From assembly GCA_029250345.1 (NCBI GenBank), contig JAQXFL010000016.1, forward strand, positions 1-60,779: 60,779 bases of DNA. Direction: 5' to 3'. The translations under genes and the position numbers were made by a program. This stretch comes from Candidatus Poseidoniaceae archaeon. Its GTDB lineage: Archaea > Thermoplasmatota > Poseidoniia > Poseidoniales > Poseidoniaceae. Every line of letters begins with the position of its first letter. Position 1 is the stretch's first letter. The notes below the pieces were generated by a model. That model worked only from the letters and a program-made list of their open reading frames with translations. It did no database searches and was not told the DNA's origin. This document shows positions 18,115 through 28,500 of this stretch, piece by piece.

Positions 18115-20640
18115 ATGTCTGTTCAACCGAAGCCAGGTGTGCAAGAACGAATACTTCTGCACCTTCTTGATTATTCAGATTTCAAGAACAGTGTCGAAGT
18201 CCCTTTTGCCCTCTCCCAAATGGGGATTGCTAACGCTGTGGCGATTGCTCGTTCGAACGTGCCTCGAGCAATTGCTGGACTCAAAGACCAAGGTTTGCTA
18301 ATCGAACGTCAAGCACACGTCACCGGTGTATCTCGTAAGCGTAAAGCGTACTTTCTCACCGACCCTGGCATGAATGTCTCTGAGGATACATGGGAAAGGC
18401 TTCGACACTTCCAACTGCGTAGTATCATGGATGATGGAGCAATAATCAACTCCACTCTTGGAGAAATCAATGACCACCTGGAATTTTCTATGCGACCGGT
18501 TGACATCATTCGTTATATGGATGACAACTGTGTTTTGGATACTCGGACACTCTCGGCCGATTTGGTCGAGCGTGATTTATCCAAACATGTGGAGAAGCAA
18601 TTGGTGACCTCACTTGGGGATTTGCCACGATTGCGGCACTTTTACGGTAGAGAAAAAGAACTCGACAATATGGCAAATCTGATTGATGCACGCGCTACAA
18701 CACTGCTTATCCCGGGTATCGCAGGAATTGGCAAAACGACAATCGCTTCCAAGTTAATTGAGCGGTTTATGCACCGGCGCAATCTGCTGTATCACAGATG
18801 TCAGGACTGGGAAGGTTCCCGCTCGTTCTTTGAGTCGATTGCGGATTGGTTGGCCAATATAGGTGATTCAACCTTTGCTGATTACCTTGCTGCCACACCG
18901 GTACCACAACCTGCTGACGCAGCACGCCTCTTGGTTGACTCACTTGAGGGAACTCCGAGTTTGATTGTCATCGATGACTTTCACAAAGTGGCTGACACAA
19001 CCCTCCACCAGACCTTCCAGGCCATGTCACTGGCGCTGCTTGGTAGTGAAGAGGAAATCGGCCTCGTAATTTTCTCCCGTTCGTTCAAGCCCGTTGTTCC
19101 TACAAAGGATGCTGAAGGGCGTATTGCGAGTTTGGTTCTACCTCTTGATGGACTTGATTCCGACGCTGGCCGTCAATTACTCAGTAGTTTTGAGAACCTC
19201 GGCGATGAGCAGTGGCTTCACATTCACGGCTTATCACGCGGCCATCCACTCGTTTTGGAATTAATTAATCGAGGTGCTTCTGCAGGCGCTTTCCACGAAA
19301 CCTTGGAGAACTACGTCACCGTTGAAATCTTCTCGAAATTGAGTGCAGAACAGAAGCGAGTATTGTCAGCTTTGGCTATTTATCGAGAACCAGTGGATCT
19401 GTCTGCACTTGCAGAACAAGGACTTGACACTGATGAACTTGATTCTCTTGTCGAACAAGGATTAGCCCGCCAAGGTGATGTTGATTTTTACGATGTTCAC
19501 GATTTGATTCGAGAGTTCTTGGTCCGCAGTCTCGACGAAAGTACCAAGCAGGATTTCCATGCGAAGTGCTGCAACTGGTATGAAAAGCAAACTTCAGCGC
19601 CGGCAATATTGATTGAGCACATATACCACCTTATCCGTTCTGGAAAGAGTGAGGAGGCGGCAGTCCTCATTGCTGAGCAAGGCCGAAACTTGATTGCTCA
19701 AGGCCATATGGAACTTCTTGGGTTGATGGAAGGCCTGACCATGGAAGACATTGGCAATTCAATATGTATGCGTGTACGACAATTGCACGGTGAATTATTG
19801 GTCCTTCTCGGGCGGTTTGCAGAAGCAGAGACCGTCTTTGTCTCCATTTCTCAACTTGACCCCCAATCCAAAGCGGTTCGGTTGAATGCTGAAGTTCACT
19901 CCGCTCTCGCTGATCTTGCACTCAAGCAGGGTGATGCTGACAAAGCACTTGGCATGCACCGTGAAGCATTGGAGAAGTTCATTGAATGTGGAGATGCAAA
20001 AGGAGCAGCCCGTTCATACAACAACACGGGATACTTACTACGCCGTAAAAATGATGTCTCGAAGGCTCTCGAAGCGTATGGGGAAGTTGAGAAAATTCTC
20101 AGTGAATCCGATGGTGTCGAACTCATCGGGACCCAACTGACCCTTGCTCGTGCTTTCCTTGAGTTGAATGAGATTGACCGTGCACGTGACCATGCTCTCC
20201 AAGCTTTCGAAGTTTCCGACGATGGAAGTGATGTCCTGCTTCACGCTCGTGCACAAGCCGTTCTTGGTCGATACTACGCAAAGGTTGGAGATGCCGATGT
20301 TGCATCGCACCACTACACCACGGCCCTTGAAACGATGAGCGTTGCTGGAGATTTGCTTTCACTGGTGGAAATTACCATCCTTCTTGGAGAAGTTCTGCAA
20401 GATGCTGGACGAGCTGAGGATGCGATGGAACACTATCGTGAGGCTCTTGTCATCGCAGAGGCGAACGATTTGCGCATGCAAATTGGGGAACTGCTTTCTC
20501 GCCTTGGAGGTGTCGCTCCAGATAAGCGTCGAAGGATGGAATATCTGCAAAGAGCGCTCGCTGTATTCCGCGAACTGGGTGCAAAGTCGAGAATGCGTGA
20601 TGTCCAAGCTCAAGTCCATGCAGCGGTTATGGGTCGCTGA
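18115..20640 (+). CDS. Winged-HTH + STAND (NB-ARC/MalT-like) NTPase + TPR protein; probable signal-transducing transcription regulator
   Basis: N-terminal wHTH (LSQMGIANAV..RSNVPRAI..LKDQGLL...RKAYFLT..G), FYGREKEL, Walker A GIAGIGKT (18715-18738), Walker B LIVIDDFH, GHPL (GxP), VHDLIREF (MHD-like) and C-terminal TPRs. ATG 18115 follows GAGGT; an alternative GTG at 18052 overlaps the upstream stop. Confidence 0.85.
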   Translation: MSVQPKPGVQERILLHLLDYSDFKNSVEVPFALSQMGIANAVAIARSNVPRAIAGLKDQGLLIERQAHVTGVSRKRKAYFLTDPGMNVSEDTWERLRHFQLRSIMDDGAIINSTLGEINDHLEFSMRPVDIIRYMDDNCVLDTRTLSADLVERDLSKHVEKQLVTSLGDLPRLRHFYGREKELDNMANLIDARATTLLIPGIAGIGKTTIASKLIERFMHRRNLLYHRCQDWEGSRSFFESIADWLANIGDSTFADYLAATPVPQPADAARLLVDSLEGTPSLIVIDDFHKVADTTLHQTFQAMSLALLGSEEEIGLVIFSRSFKPVVPTKDAEGRIASLVLPLDGLDSDAGRQLLSSFENLGDEQWLHIHGLSRGHPLVLELINRGASAGAFHETLENYVTVEIFSKLSAEQKRVLSALAIYREPVDLSALAEQGLDTDELDSLVEQGLARQGDVDFYDVHDLIREFLVRSLDESTKQDFHAKCCNWYEKQTSAPAILIEHIYHLIRSGKSEEAAVLIAEQGRNLIAQGHMELLGLMEGLTMEDIGNSICMRVRQLHGELLVLLGRFAEAETVFVSISQLDPQSKAVRLNAEVHSALADLALKQGDADKALGMHREALEKFIECGDAKGAARSYNNTGYLLRRKNDVSKALEAYGEVEKILSESDGVELIGTQLTLARAFLELNEIDRARDHALQAFEVSDDGSDVLLHARAQAVLGRYYAKVGDADVASHHYTTALETMSVAGDLLSLVEITILLGEVLQDAGRAEDAMEHYREALVIAEANDLRMQIGELLSRLGGVAPDKRRRMEYLQRALAVFRELGAKSRMRDVQAQVHAAVMGR

Positions 20641-20641
20641 A

Positions 20642-21118
20642 TTAATCGTACGTTTGCGGTCGATCGTACTGCAATGATGTAACCCCATCCGAGTGGACAA
20701 TCCATACGGAAGTTACTCCTGCCAAGACTACTGTTCCCTCATGGGTTCCCGCACCTGTTCCTGACAGAGACACACTTGTGTCAAGCGTCCCTCCATCGTG
20801 AATCAGTTCGATTGAGGTGTCGGTGAGTTGCAATGTAATTCTTGCTTCATCCGCCTCGGTGAGTCTCCAGGTTACCTTTTCGGCATAATCGACTGCTCCC
20901 ATTCGGCTTGCTTCGTCAGCTCGTTCTACCGCTGCCGCCAAGTCATCAAGATTTGACTGAATTGCATTTTCGTTCCACCGTTCTCGAGTTGCCGTTTCTA
21001 TTTGATATGCCCAAATACTGAATGTTGTGAGCAACAGCACTCCGAGCAGGAACGTGAATATGTAGCCGAGTTCAGTCGCAGCTGCTTGTTCATCTCGGCG
21101 AAGTTGATTTTTGTTCAT
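20642..21118 (-). CDS. Small type IV pilin-like protein (class III-like signal)
   Basis: MNKNQLRRDEQA|AATELGYIFTFLLGVLLLTTFSIW: a charged leader followed by a hydrophobic N-terminal helix. ATGA overlap with the upstream gene stop at 21115-21118. Confidence 0.65.
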   Translation of the reverse strand: MNKNQLRRDEQAAATELGYIFTFLLGVLLLTTFSIWAYQIETATRERWNENAIQSNLDDLAAAVERADEASRMGAVDYAEKVTWRLTEADEARITLQLTDTSIELIHDGGTLDTSVSLSGTGAGTHEGTVVLAGVTSVWIVHSDGVTSLQYDRPQTYD

Positions 21119-23325
21119 GAGACCGCCTCCGTCATGTGTGCATTGAGTGCAGCCATTTGAAGCGTAAATTGTATTGGTTCTCCATTGGTGTGCCAAACGG
21201 CTTCTGAAGTACCATATGAGGGGTCAGGTACCCATCCGACATAATCGGTGAGTAGGTCGATACGTCCAGGATAAATGGTCCAGTCTTCACTTGCTTCAAG
21301 ACCGTCCGCAGATGATTCTGCAATGGCTACTCCGTAAGGTTTCGACCATCCTCTTCTGACCTCATAGGCAGTGGCAGATGCCAAAGAAGAACGGTCAACA
21401 AGTTCGATGTCGAGATTCATTTTTCCAGCACCACTTACGCTGTCTGCAGTTGGATGGAGCGACGGTATCGTTGCTGCAAACCGTGGTCCAGGACCTCCAC
21501 GGTCAGACGGTGAAACAACGATGTAGGGCTCAAATTCCGGATGGTTGGTGACGACAGCACCACCTGCATAAGCCACTTCCATTCCAACGATTGAGGATTG
21601 GAACTCATAACTCAGCCGGGAGAGATGGAAACCCCATACCGTGCCGAGTGTGGCATGACTTGATGCTCCGTTTTCGCCAATAAGACTGATCTGCATACTT
21701 GCAGGGTGTGTTCCTGCCTTCCACGCATTCTTGAGGTCAACTTGGCTTCTTCCACTCATTGATTGCCATGGGAGTGTGGAACTAATCCATCCACTTGCTT
21801 GAACATTAATTGGTAAGCAACGTTGAGCACCGTCATGCATCGCTTGGACAAGACCTTCTTGTCCTCGAATAGAATAAACACGCAATGAATCGCCGTCGCT
21901 CACATTGATTTGAGTTATGCCTTGTTCAAGTTCAACTGTGTTGTGATTCACATTTTCAAGGAATGTACCGTTCGCTACGGTGCTACCGGTCATGTTCCAT
22001 TCAGTGTAGTACCCAGCATGGGTTATGTGGAGTTTATGAACTCCGGATTGAGTGTTGTGGAATGTGTGCAACTGACCAGAAAGTGCTCCCGTGTCATCTG
22101 CTGGTTCGACTTGCAGCCCAGAACCGCTTGAATTCTTTCTCCATGTGACGAAGATGTCGCCGTTTGCATCAAGAATCGGCGCCCCCTCTATATCGGCAGG
22201 GGGCCATGAGAAAGATGTACTCTGGTTTGCTGCAATCGAGAGTCCCCCGCCTCTCCACGTCACAGTCACGCTGTCTGTGCTTGGGTTTGAGAACACGAGT
22301 TCCCCGTCGAGTGAAGGGGTGATGAAGGAGTGGCCGAGATATTGACCATCAGTACTGGGCAACGCCATTTGGCCGGTCGTAGAGTTCGTGTTGGTCTGCA
22401 GAATCAGTCTTGATGGAGAACTGGTCGAGATGTGGACCACTTCTGGCGAGGATATGCTCAACTGGTGTGTGAAGTCAACACCTACTCGGTTTTGATTGGA
22501 TGGTAATGCATAGAATGTGTTCGTGGAATCGTTTTGAATCGTGATTTGATTTGCAGTTTCACTGAGAATTTGAATTTGGTTCTCGCCAGCAGGGAGCGGG
22601 ATTGACCATGAACTTCCAGTCGAGTCAACGGGGTTTGGGTCGTTGGATTGCATCATTGTCGTACCTCCACTTCCGACCGAGAGAAGCAGATGCAATTGGT
22701 GGGAGGAGTGAATGACTGTTTCACCAAGTTCACTCATGTCCAGAACACGCATGCCATCGACCATCAATTTCAGTTCCGACAACGTTTCGCTGCCATTTAC
22801 TATTTCCACATCGATCGGTCCGAGCGGCAGGGCAAGTCCTGGCGATGCTGTAAGTAGGACCTCATCGACCCATTCAGGGATTGTGAATATGTACGGGTTC
22901 GCAGGGCCAAGTCGCAAATCATCGATACAAACTGCGGTATTCATTGATTCAGGGTGTCGGATTCGCAGTTCGTCGTCGTAGTCGAGAGCGCCTTGGACGC
23001 GGAACGAGGTATCATCAGCCCAAGTTGCCGAATACCACATGCTGCTCTGCATCATGTTCCAATTGAGCGTTCCGTCAACGGGAATGAGACGAATCTCTGT
23101 CGAGTCGCCGGGCATGCCTGTTTCACTCAATGCCGCAGTTTGGTGCGCCAACAGAGTCATTTGAGACGACATGTCGTGTCGTTCGATTGAACCTTCCAGT
23201 TCCTCGATTACCGGGATCATGGAGACCATCATCATGGCAATAATCGACAGTACGCCACCGAACAGGAGAACAGTTGCCACGGCTGCTGACACCGCATCTT
23301 CATCTCGTTGGAGCATGGATTTCAT
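21115..23325 (-). CDS. Large type IV pilin-like protein (736 aa), possible adhesin/minor pilin
   Basis: MKSMLQRDEDA|VSAAVATVLLFGGVLSIIAMMMV...PVIEE: class III-like signal. The C-terminal EVAYAGGAVV motif is typical of euryarchaeal pilin-like proteins. Large beta-rich insert. Confidence 0.7.
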   Translation of the reverse strand: MKSMLQRDEDAVSAAVATVLLFGGVLSIIAMMMVSMIPVIEELEGSIERHDMSSQMTLLAHQTAALSETGMPGDSTEIRLIPVDGTLNWNMMQSSMWYSATWADDTSFRVQGALDYDDELRIRHPESMNTAVCIDDLRLGPANPYIFTIPEWVDEVLLTASPGLALPLGPIDVEIVNGSETLSELKLMVDGMRVLDMSELGETVIHSSHQLHLLLSVGSGGTTMMQSNDPNPVDSTGSSWSIPLPAGENQIQILSETANQITIQNDSTNTFYALPSNQNRVGVDFTHQLSISSPEVVHISTSSPSRLILQTNTNSTTGQMALPSTDGQYLGHSFITPSLDGELVFSNPSTDSVTVTWRGGGLSIAANQSTSFSWPPADIEGAPILDANGDIFVTWRKNSSGSGLQVEPADDTGALSGQLHTFHNTQSGVHKLHITHAGYYTEWNMTGSTVANGTFLENVNHNTVELEQGITQINVSDGDSLRVYSIRGQEGLVQAMHDGAQRCLPINVQASGWISSTLPWQSMSGRSQVDLKNAWKAGTHPASMQISLIGENGASSHATLGTVWGFHLSRLSYEFQSSIVGMEVAYAGGAVVTNHPEFEPYIVVSPSDRGGPGPRFAATIPSLHPTADSVSGAGKMNLDIELVDRSSLASATAYEVRRGWSKPYGVAIAESSADGLEASEDWTIYPGRIDLLTDYVGWVPDPSYGTSEAVWHTNGEPIQFTLQMAALNAHMTEAVS

Positions 23326-24389
23326 CGTGAAACCTCCACACGCTTGACATCGACTTCGAGTATAAGCTGATTTTCTTGCGACTCGACAGTAAAGCCATCG
23401 GCGCCACTTGCTCGAAGATACGGTGCGTATCCAGTGAATGTGTCAAGTGTTCCAGACGCTCGGTTCAGCGTGTGGTCTTCCAACATCTTGTCGTGGTATT
23501 GCGGTGTAATGACGTCATTGAGCGCATTTTCAACCGTGAATCGGAGGTGGTAGGCATTGCCAGTGAACAACGTCATCGGGCCGAGTGAAACCATGTCCAT
23601 GCCGATATTTTCTCCGGAGCCAATCGAGCCGTTAATGGTGACATCAGTGAGGACAATGGACAAACGTAATTCACCGGTTACCAGCGTGTCGAGTTCGATG
23701 TTTGGGAATTGGGATACTTTCCAAGGTTCATTCGGGAATCTTTCAGCCCGAGCGTCGTTCACCAGAGCAATTTCATGTTCTCCGAGTCCAAGTGAGGTTG
23801 AAATTTGAATGCCGGAAACGATGTACGATACGCTCGTGTGCAGGGCTCGTTCGTCTGCATCGAACACAGTGACCGTCATCCAGTGGTCTTGAGAGGATTG
23901 ATGCTCAATCACAACTTCATTGAATGAACCACTGAATGCATGAGATTCGATCCCCATTGGGCTTTCGATTGTTACGCTTCGAGCAGTTTCATTGATGGCT
24001 GTAATGCCAATTGCTGAGTTGTTGATGTTACGAACAGTGATCCGATCATCGGGAGTTAAGTCAGCAGCTATCGTCCATGTTTCAACTTTGATGACTGGTT
24101 GGACCATTGTCGACTTGAGTGCCAATGTGTGTCGGATGCCTGTGCCTTCTGGTGCGCTTCCAGCCACATCGATTCTGTCTTCAAACCGGTCTGCAATTCC
24201 GTTCGCACTGTTCCAGTTTGTGTTGTCTTCGAAATCTGAAATGTAGGGGCTAAGGAAAATCCACACCCCTCCCATAATTGTGACGACCATAGCCAGCATC
24301 ATCACGACACCGAGAACCTCGCTGACAGCCCTTTGGTCTCGGCGAAGAGACGGGCGAAGTACAGTGGGGTGGTGTGCGTTCACAGACAT
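23322..24389 (-). CDS. Type IV pilin-like protein with class III signal peptide
   Basis: RRDQRA|VSEVLGVVMMLAMVVTIMGG matches the archaeal prepilin peptidase consensus [KR][GA]|(V)SE + hydrophobic stretch. ATGA overlap with the next gene. Start at 24389 or 24407. Confidence 0.8.
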   Translation of the reverse strand: MSVNAHHPTVLRPSLRRDQRAVSEVLGVVMMLAMVVTIMGGVWIFLSPYISDFEDNTNWNSANGIADRFEDRIDVAGSAPEGTGIRHTLALKSTMVQPVIKVETWTIAADLTPDDRITVRNINNSAIGITAINETARSVTIESPMGIESHAFSGSFNEVVIEHQSSQDHWMTVTVFDADERALHTSVSYIVSGIQISTSLGLGEHEIALVNDARAERFPNEPWKVSQFPNIELDTLVTGELRLSIVLTDVTINGSIGSGENIGMDMVSLGPMTLFTGNAYHLRFTVENALNDVITPQYHDKMLEDHTLNRASGTLDTFTGYAPYLRASGADGFTVESQENQLILEVDVKRVEVSR

Positions 24390-24424
24390 CAGAACCTTTG
24401 GTATCATTTAGCCATTGACCTTAG

Positions 24425-24444
24425 CACCCCCCCTAAGGGGGGTG
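24425..24444. terminator. GC-rich hairpin between the MBL hydrolase gene and the pilin-like genes
   Basis: CACCCCCC-CTAA-GGGGGGTG is a perfect 8-bp stem 10 nt beyond the MBL stop codon. Confidence 0.4.
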
Positions 24445-24454
24445 ATTTGGGTGA

Positions 24455-25273
24455 TTAGCTCTTCTTCGGGCGGAGGTCCGACGCTTCAGGTTGTTCCACC
24501 GTTCGGCCAATGTAATGGGAATTTTCAGGGCCATCTTGGAGCGAGATTGTGATGTCTCCGCTAAACACTTCATCAATGTGATACAAGACCGTTGACTCGG
24601 CCAAGTGTGGTTGATTGTTTTTTTCTGAAAGGTGAGTCAAAGAAATACTGCGTGTAGCAGGTGTACAAACTTGAGCCAAGAATTGGCCGGTTTGGTCGTT
24701 GGATAAGTGGCCTCCCCGTCCACTGATGCGATCTTTCAGCGAGAAAGGATACGGTCCGTTCATCAAACGGTTGTAGTCGTAATTTGCTTCAATCGCAATG
24801 TGTTCACATCCTCGAACGTGGGTGATTAATTCATCCGTCCATGAACCCAAATCTGTGATGACTGCTGCCCTTTGTCCGTTGTGGCTGGCAACAAAGGCGA
24901 CGTTATCTGCTCCCGAATGTGGGACTGGCACCGGAAGGACCGAGAGGTCGTCGCTGACTTGAATTAAATCTAAAGAATCAAAATAGTGTGTCAATTCGGT
25001 TTGGAGGCCCAATTCTTCGGCCGTCCGGTGGTTTGCTTGAACCTTCATCTTCCAACGTTTTTGGGCGACCAGTGCGCCACCGCCATGGTCGCCGTGATGG
25101 TGACTCACAAAGATGTAATCAATTTCAGTCGGGTGGATGTTGAGTCGAGCAAGTCGCTTCTCTAATTGTGCTCCGCTGAATCCCTGATCGATGAGGACTT
25201 TCGCCTGTTCGGTCTCAAGCAAAGTGGCGTTTCCGCGACTGCCTGTTCCGAGGTGGGTCAGTACCATTGTCAT
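24455..25273 (-). CDS. MBL-fold metallo-hydrolase (YycJ/WalJ/PhnP-like)
   Basis: LGTGSRGNAT, VLIDQG, SHHHGDH (HxHxDH), VITDLG, IEANYD..L..GPYP..LK.RI...GGHLSN, LTHLSEKNN.P.LA. Confidence 0.9.
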   Translation of the reverse strand: MTMVLTHLGTGSRGNATLLETEQAKVLIDQGFSGAQLEKRLARLNIHPTEIDYIFVSHHHGDHGGGALVAQKRWKMKVQANHRTAEELGLQTELTHYFDSLDLIQVSDDLSVLPVPVPHSGADNVAFVASHNGQRAAVITDLGSWTDELITHVRGCEHIAIEANYDYNRLMNGPYPFSLKDRISGRGGHLSNDQTGQFLAQVCTPATRSISLTHLSEKNNQPHLAESTVLYHIDEVFSGDITISLQDGPENSHYIGRTVEQPEASDLRPKKS

Positions 25274-25459
25274 CTCAATCGTATCTACTGGTCGCGAGAG
25301 GCCTTTGAAGACACCGCCTTCCCCGTTTGGAACGTTGCCCTTTCAGGCGTATCTCGATAATTCCATCGGGCGAATTAGGGGGTAATTCGATTTCATTTCA
25401 AGGTCGACAATTTCGTCTCTGTCCGAACATCGCTCCATCATCCTCATAAGTGTCTTGAG

Positions 25460-25488
25460 AAGCATACACAACTGCGAAGCGTATGCTT
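25460..25488. promoter_or_regulatory. Inverted repeat AAGCATAC-N13-GTATGCTT just upstream of the 1917-aa gene
   Basis: Perfect 8-bp arms at 25460-25467 and 25481-25488, 17 nt before ATG 25506. Confidence 0.3.
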
Positions 25489-25505
25489 TGTAGGCTGGTC
25501 TCCAA

Positions 25506-28500
25506 ATGCGACGAAGTATAACCACTCTTCTAACAACGCTTGCTGTTGTGGCAAGTCTGCTTTTTATGTCTCAATTTCCGGCTGTATCATCGGTGTCGAA
25601 TCTTCACCCGGACACGACGGATGGTTCCAAACCGCCGACCACGGATTCCGATGGGGATAAGATTCCAGATGTTCACGAAAATCTATTCTCTGAATGGATG
25701 AATTGGACCGCCGTGGACGGCCGTGCAGTCGTCATTGAAGGAATGGATAGCAATGACGCATCAGACGCTTTATTCGATTCTGACATGGATGGTTTGAATG
25801 CAACAGAAGAATATTGTTGGCCGTATCCCGCCAACTGTACCGCCCCAGGCTTCCCACGCGGCCTGACGGGTACAGTGGATGATGAGGGTGAACGCTCGTA
25901 TCTTGACCCTCGTATTGCAGACACCGATGGAGATGGAATGCCAGATGGGTATGAAGCCTACATGTGTGAACGTGTTGGAGGCTACAATATATTCTCCTTC
26001 AAGTACGAATGCAATACATTTGACCCACTCAATGCTTCTGATTTGTACGATGATCCGGACGAGGACGGTTTTGACGTAAACCGCGACGGAGTGTTGTCGA
26101 CCACGGAACGGTTTTCTTCACCTGAAGAATACATTTACGGCGCTCCAAGCAACCATACGAACGAACTTGACGGACTTTGGTGTTCTGCCACGTTGCCTGA
26201 AGGCTCTGTGTTTGAAAATTGGCCGTTTATTCCTACTGGAGCCAACGCAACATTCCAAAACATTCTCTCCGCATGCACTGAGAACGCCACGATGGTAATC
26301 GACGAAGACATCTGGCTCGGCACCGACCCTCTTCTTGCTGATTCTGACCGCTACCATTGGGACGGATATTCCATTCGACGTTTATTCCCGTCGTTTGGTG
26401 ACGGCATCCCCGACGGTTGGGAAGTCCACTTTGGCCTCGAGCCATTAAACAGAACCAATGCTTTACTTGACCCAGACAACGATGGATGGGACGCCAACCG
26501 TGACGGTGGTGTGTCTCCGGATGTAAGCCGAACCCTCACAGCGCTTGCGCTCGGTGAATCACTCTCCACGCTTGAGGAATATTATGTCCATGATGACAAC
26601 GGCAACTCTGTTCTTCCGGGCATGAAAACAGCCTTCCTTGGCACTCAGGATGACAGCGTTGAATATGTACCGTTGAGTTTTGATTCACCGGCAGATGAAA
26701 TGAGTCTTATCCATTACGATTTACGCGACATGGATACGGACAGTACAACGGTCTATGCAACAACTCGTTACGGGTTGACCGTCTTTGATTACGACCAGAT
26801 GGTAAGCTATGATCATTGGATGCCAGAAGGCATCGAATTGTATTCGTCCTTGTTGCTTGCTCAAGACGATCAGAACTTCGCTCTAGCTATCGCATCTAGT
26901 GCCGGCCTTGCCGTAGCACCTCTACAAGCAGACGGTGACTTGGGTCCTTTGGACACGTGGTCTTGGTCACTTTCAGAGGAGCTTTTTGCACTCACTGTAC
27001 TCGCCATTGATGGACAAAACAGTTTCGTTCTTGGATTGGGCGATGCCGGTGAAGGTTCGGTCTTCGAGATTACATCTTCTGCTGAAATCACTGACCAATT
27101 TGCTATCTCCACGGACTTAGAAACAGCTCTTCGCCAATCAAACGCCACGGTTACGCATTTGGCTCATGGCCCTGCAGGCGGTGGTGCTAACATGCTCTTT
27201 GTCGGCACCGATCGTGGATTGCTGACCGGTGAGACAACCACTGTTCGAGACGAGTTCGAAGCCAACTGGAGATTTTTCTACACGCCAGAAACCACACCTT
27301 TCCCTACTGCAATCGATGAGTTGCGTTCGCTTTCGTTAGGTATGGTAGCGAACCCTGCTGAAGTTCGAGCCATGATTCTCGATGGCCCGAATGCTGCAAA
27401 TTCACAGGTCCTGTGGTTCGGGACGCCATCCGGCGTTCACATGCTGAACTTGGTGGACAACACAATCTCCCACAGCGGTCTATTGGAGCATCCTGGTGTT
27501 GAGGGACGATATGTTCGCGAGTACAACAACATCCATTCTTTGCACACAACCGGCGACGAAGTGTTGGTTGGCTCAGTCAAAGGTATGTGGGCAATCTCTG
27601 GTGATTATTCTGCTGTCTATGGATTCCAAGAGCAAGAAACCATTTACGGCGAAATAGTGACGATTCAATCGTTGCTTATCGACGGTAATACAACCGTACT
27701 GACTGGTTCATCTCCCGGGCAATATGCAAATCTTGAACTCATCAATCCAGGAGCAAATGACTCAGATAACGATGGAATGCCTGACGGCTGGGAAGTCGCG
27801 AATGGTCTCGATCCAACCGATCCTTGGGATTCATTGTTCGATGCGGACAGCGACGGCCTTGACCTCGATCAAGCAGACGATGGGTTCCTCGAGCGGCTAT
27901 GGACGAACCTTGACGAATACAGATTTGTATCTCAATCCCTGAATGGGTATAATTCAACAAATCCGAAGGTCGGTGACACCGATGGAGATGGCTTAGGTGA
28001 TGGAAGCGAATATTTCGGCTTCTTCTATGAAACCTCTAACCTGTGGTGTCACTACACCGTCCAAATGGAATATGTTTGCGGTGATGCGGCGGGACTGGCA
28101 GCGAACGACACTTATCTTGCCTTGTCCAGCAGCGATCGTGGTACTGATCCGACAAACTTCGATAGCGATGGTGATGGAATGCCTGATGGATGGGAGATTG
28201 AACATCGCAGATGGATTGGTTCTTCGTTTACCGGAGGCAACAATTGGACACTTGACCCGAACCGTGCAGATGACGCAAATTGGGATGCAGATCGAGATGG
28301 GCTTGCAAACTTGTGTGAGTTCCAATGGTCTGTAGTCCGTAATGCTGCAGTTGATGGACTGTTGTTTGAATCGCATGGAGAGTCGATCAATTCAAGCATG
28401 GAATGGTTTGACGCTGACCCAAACAACATCGATTCTGACGGAGATTCACTACCGGATGGTTGGGAATCTGGTGGCTCGTGTACATGGGACCCTTCCAGGC

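Noticed and set aside
18115..25273. STAND plus nearby MBL hydrolase as an Avs1-like defence system
   Set aside because: The genes are on opposite strands and separated by pilin-like genes, the MBL looks like a housekeeping YycJ type, and there are no island or mobility signatures.
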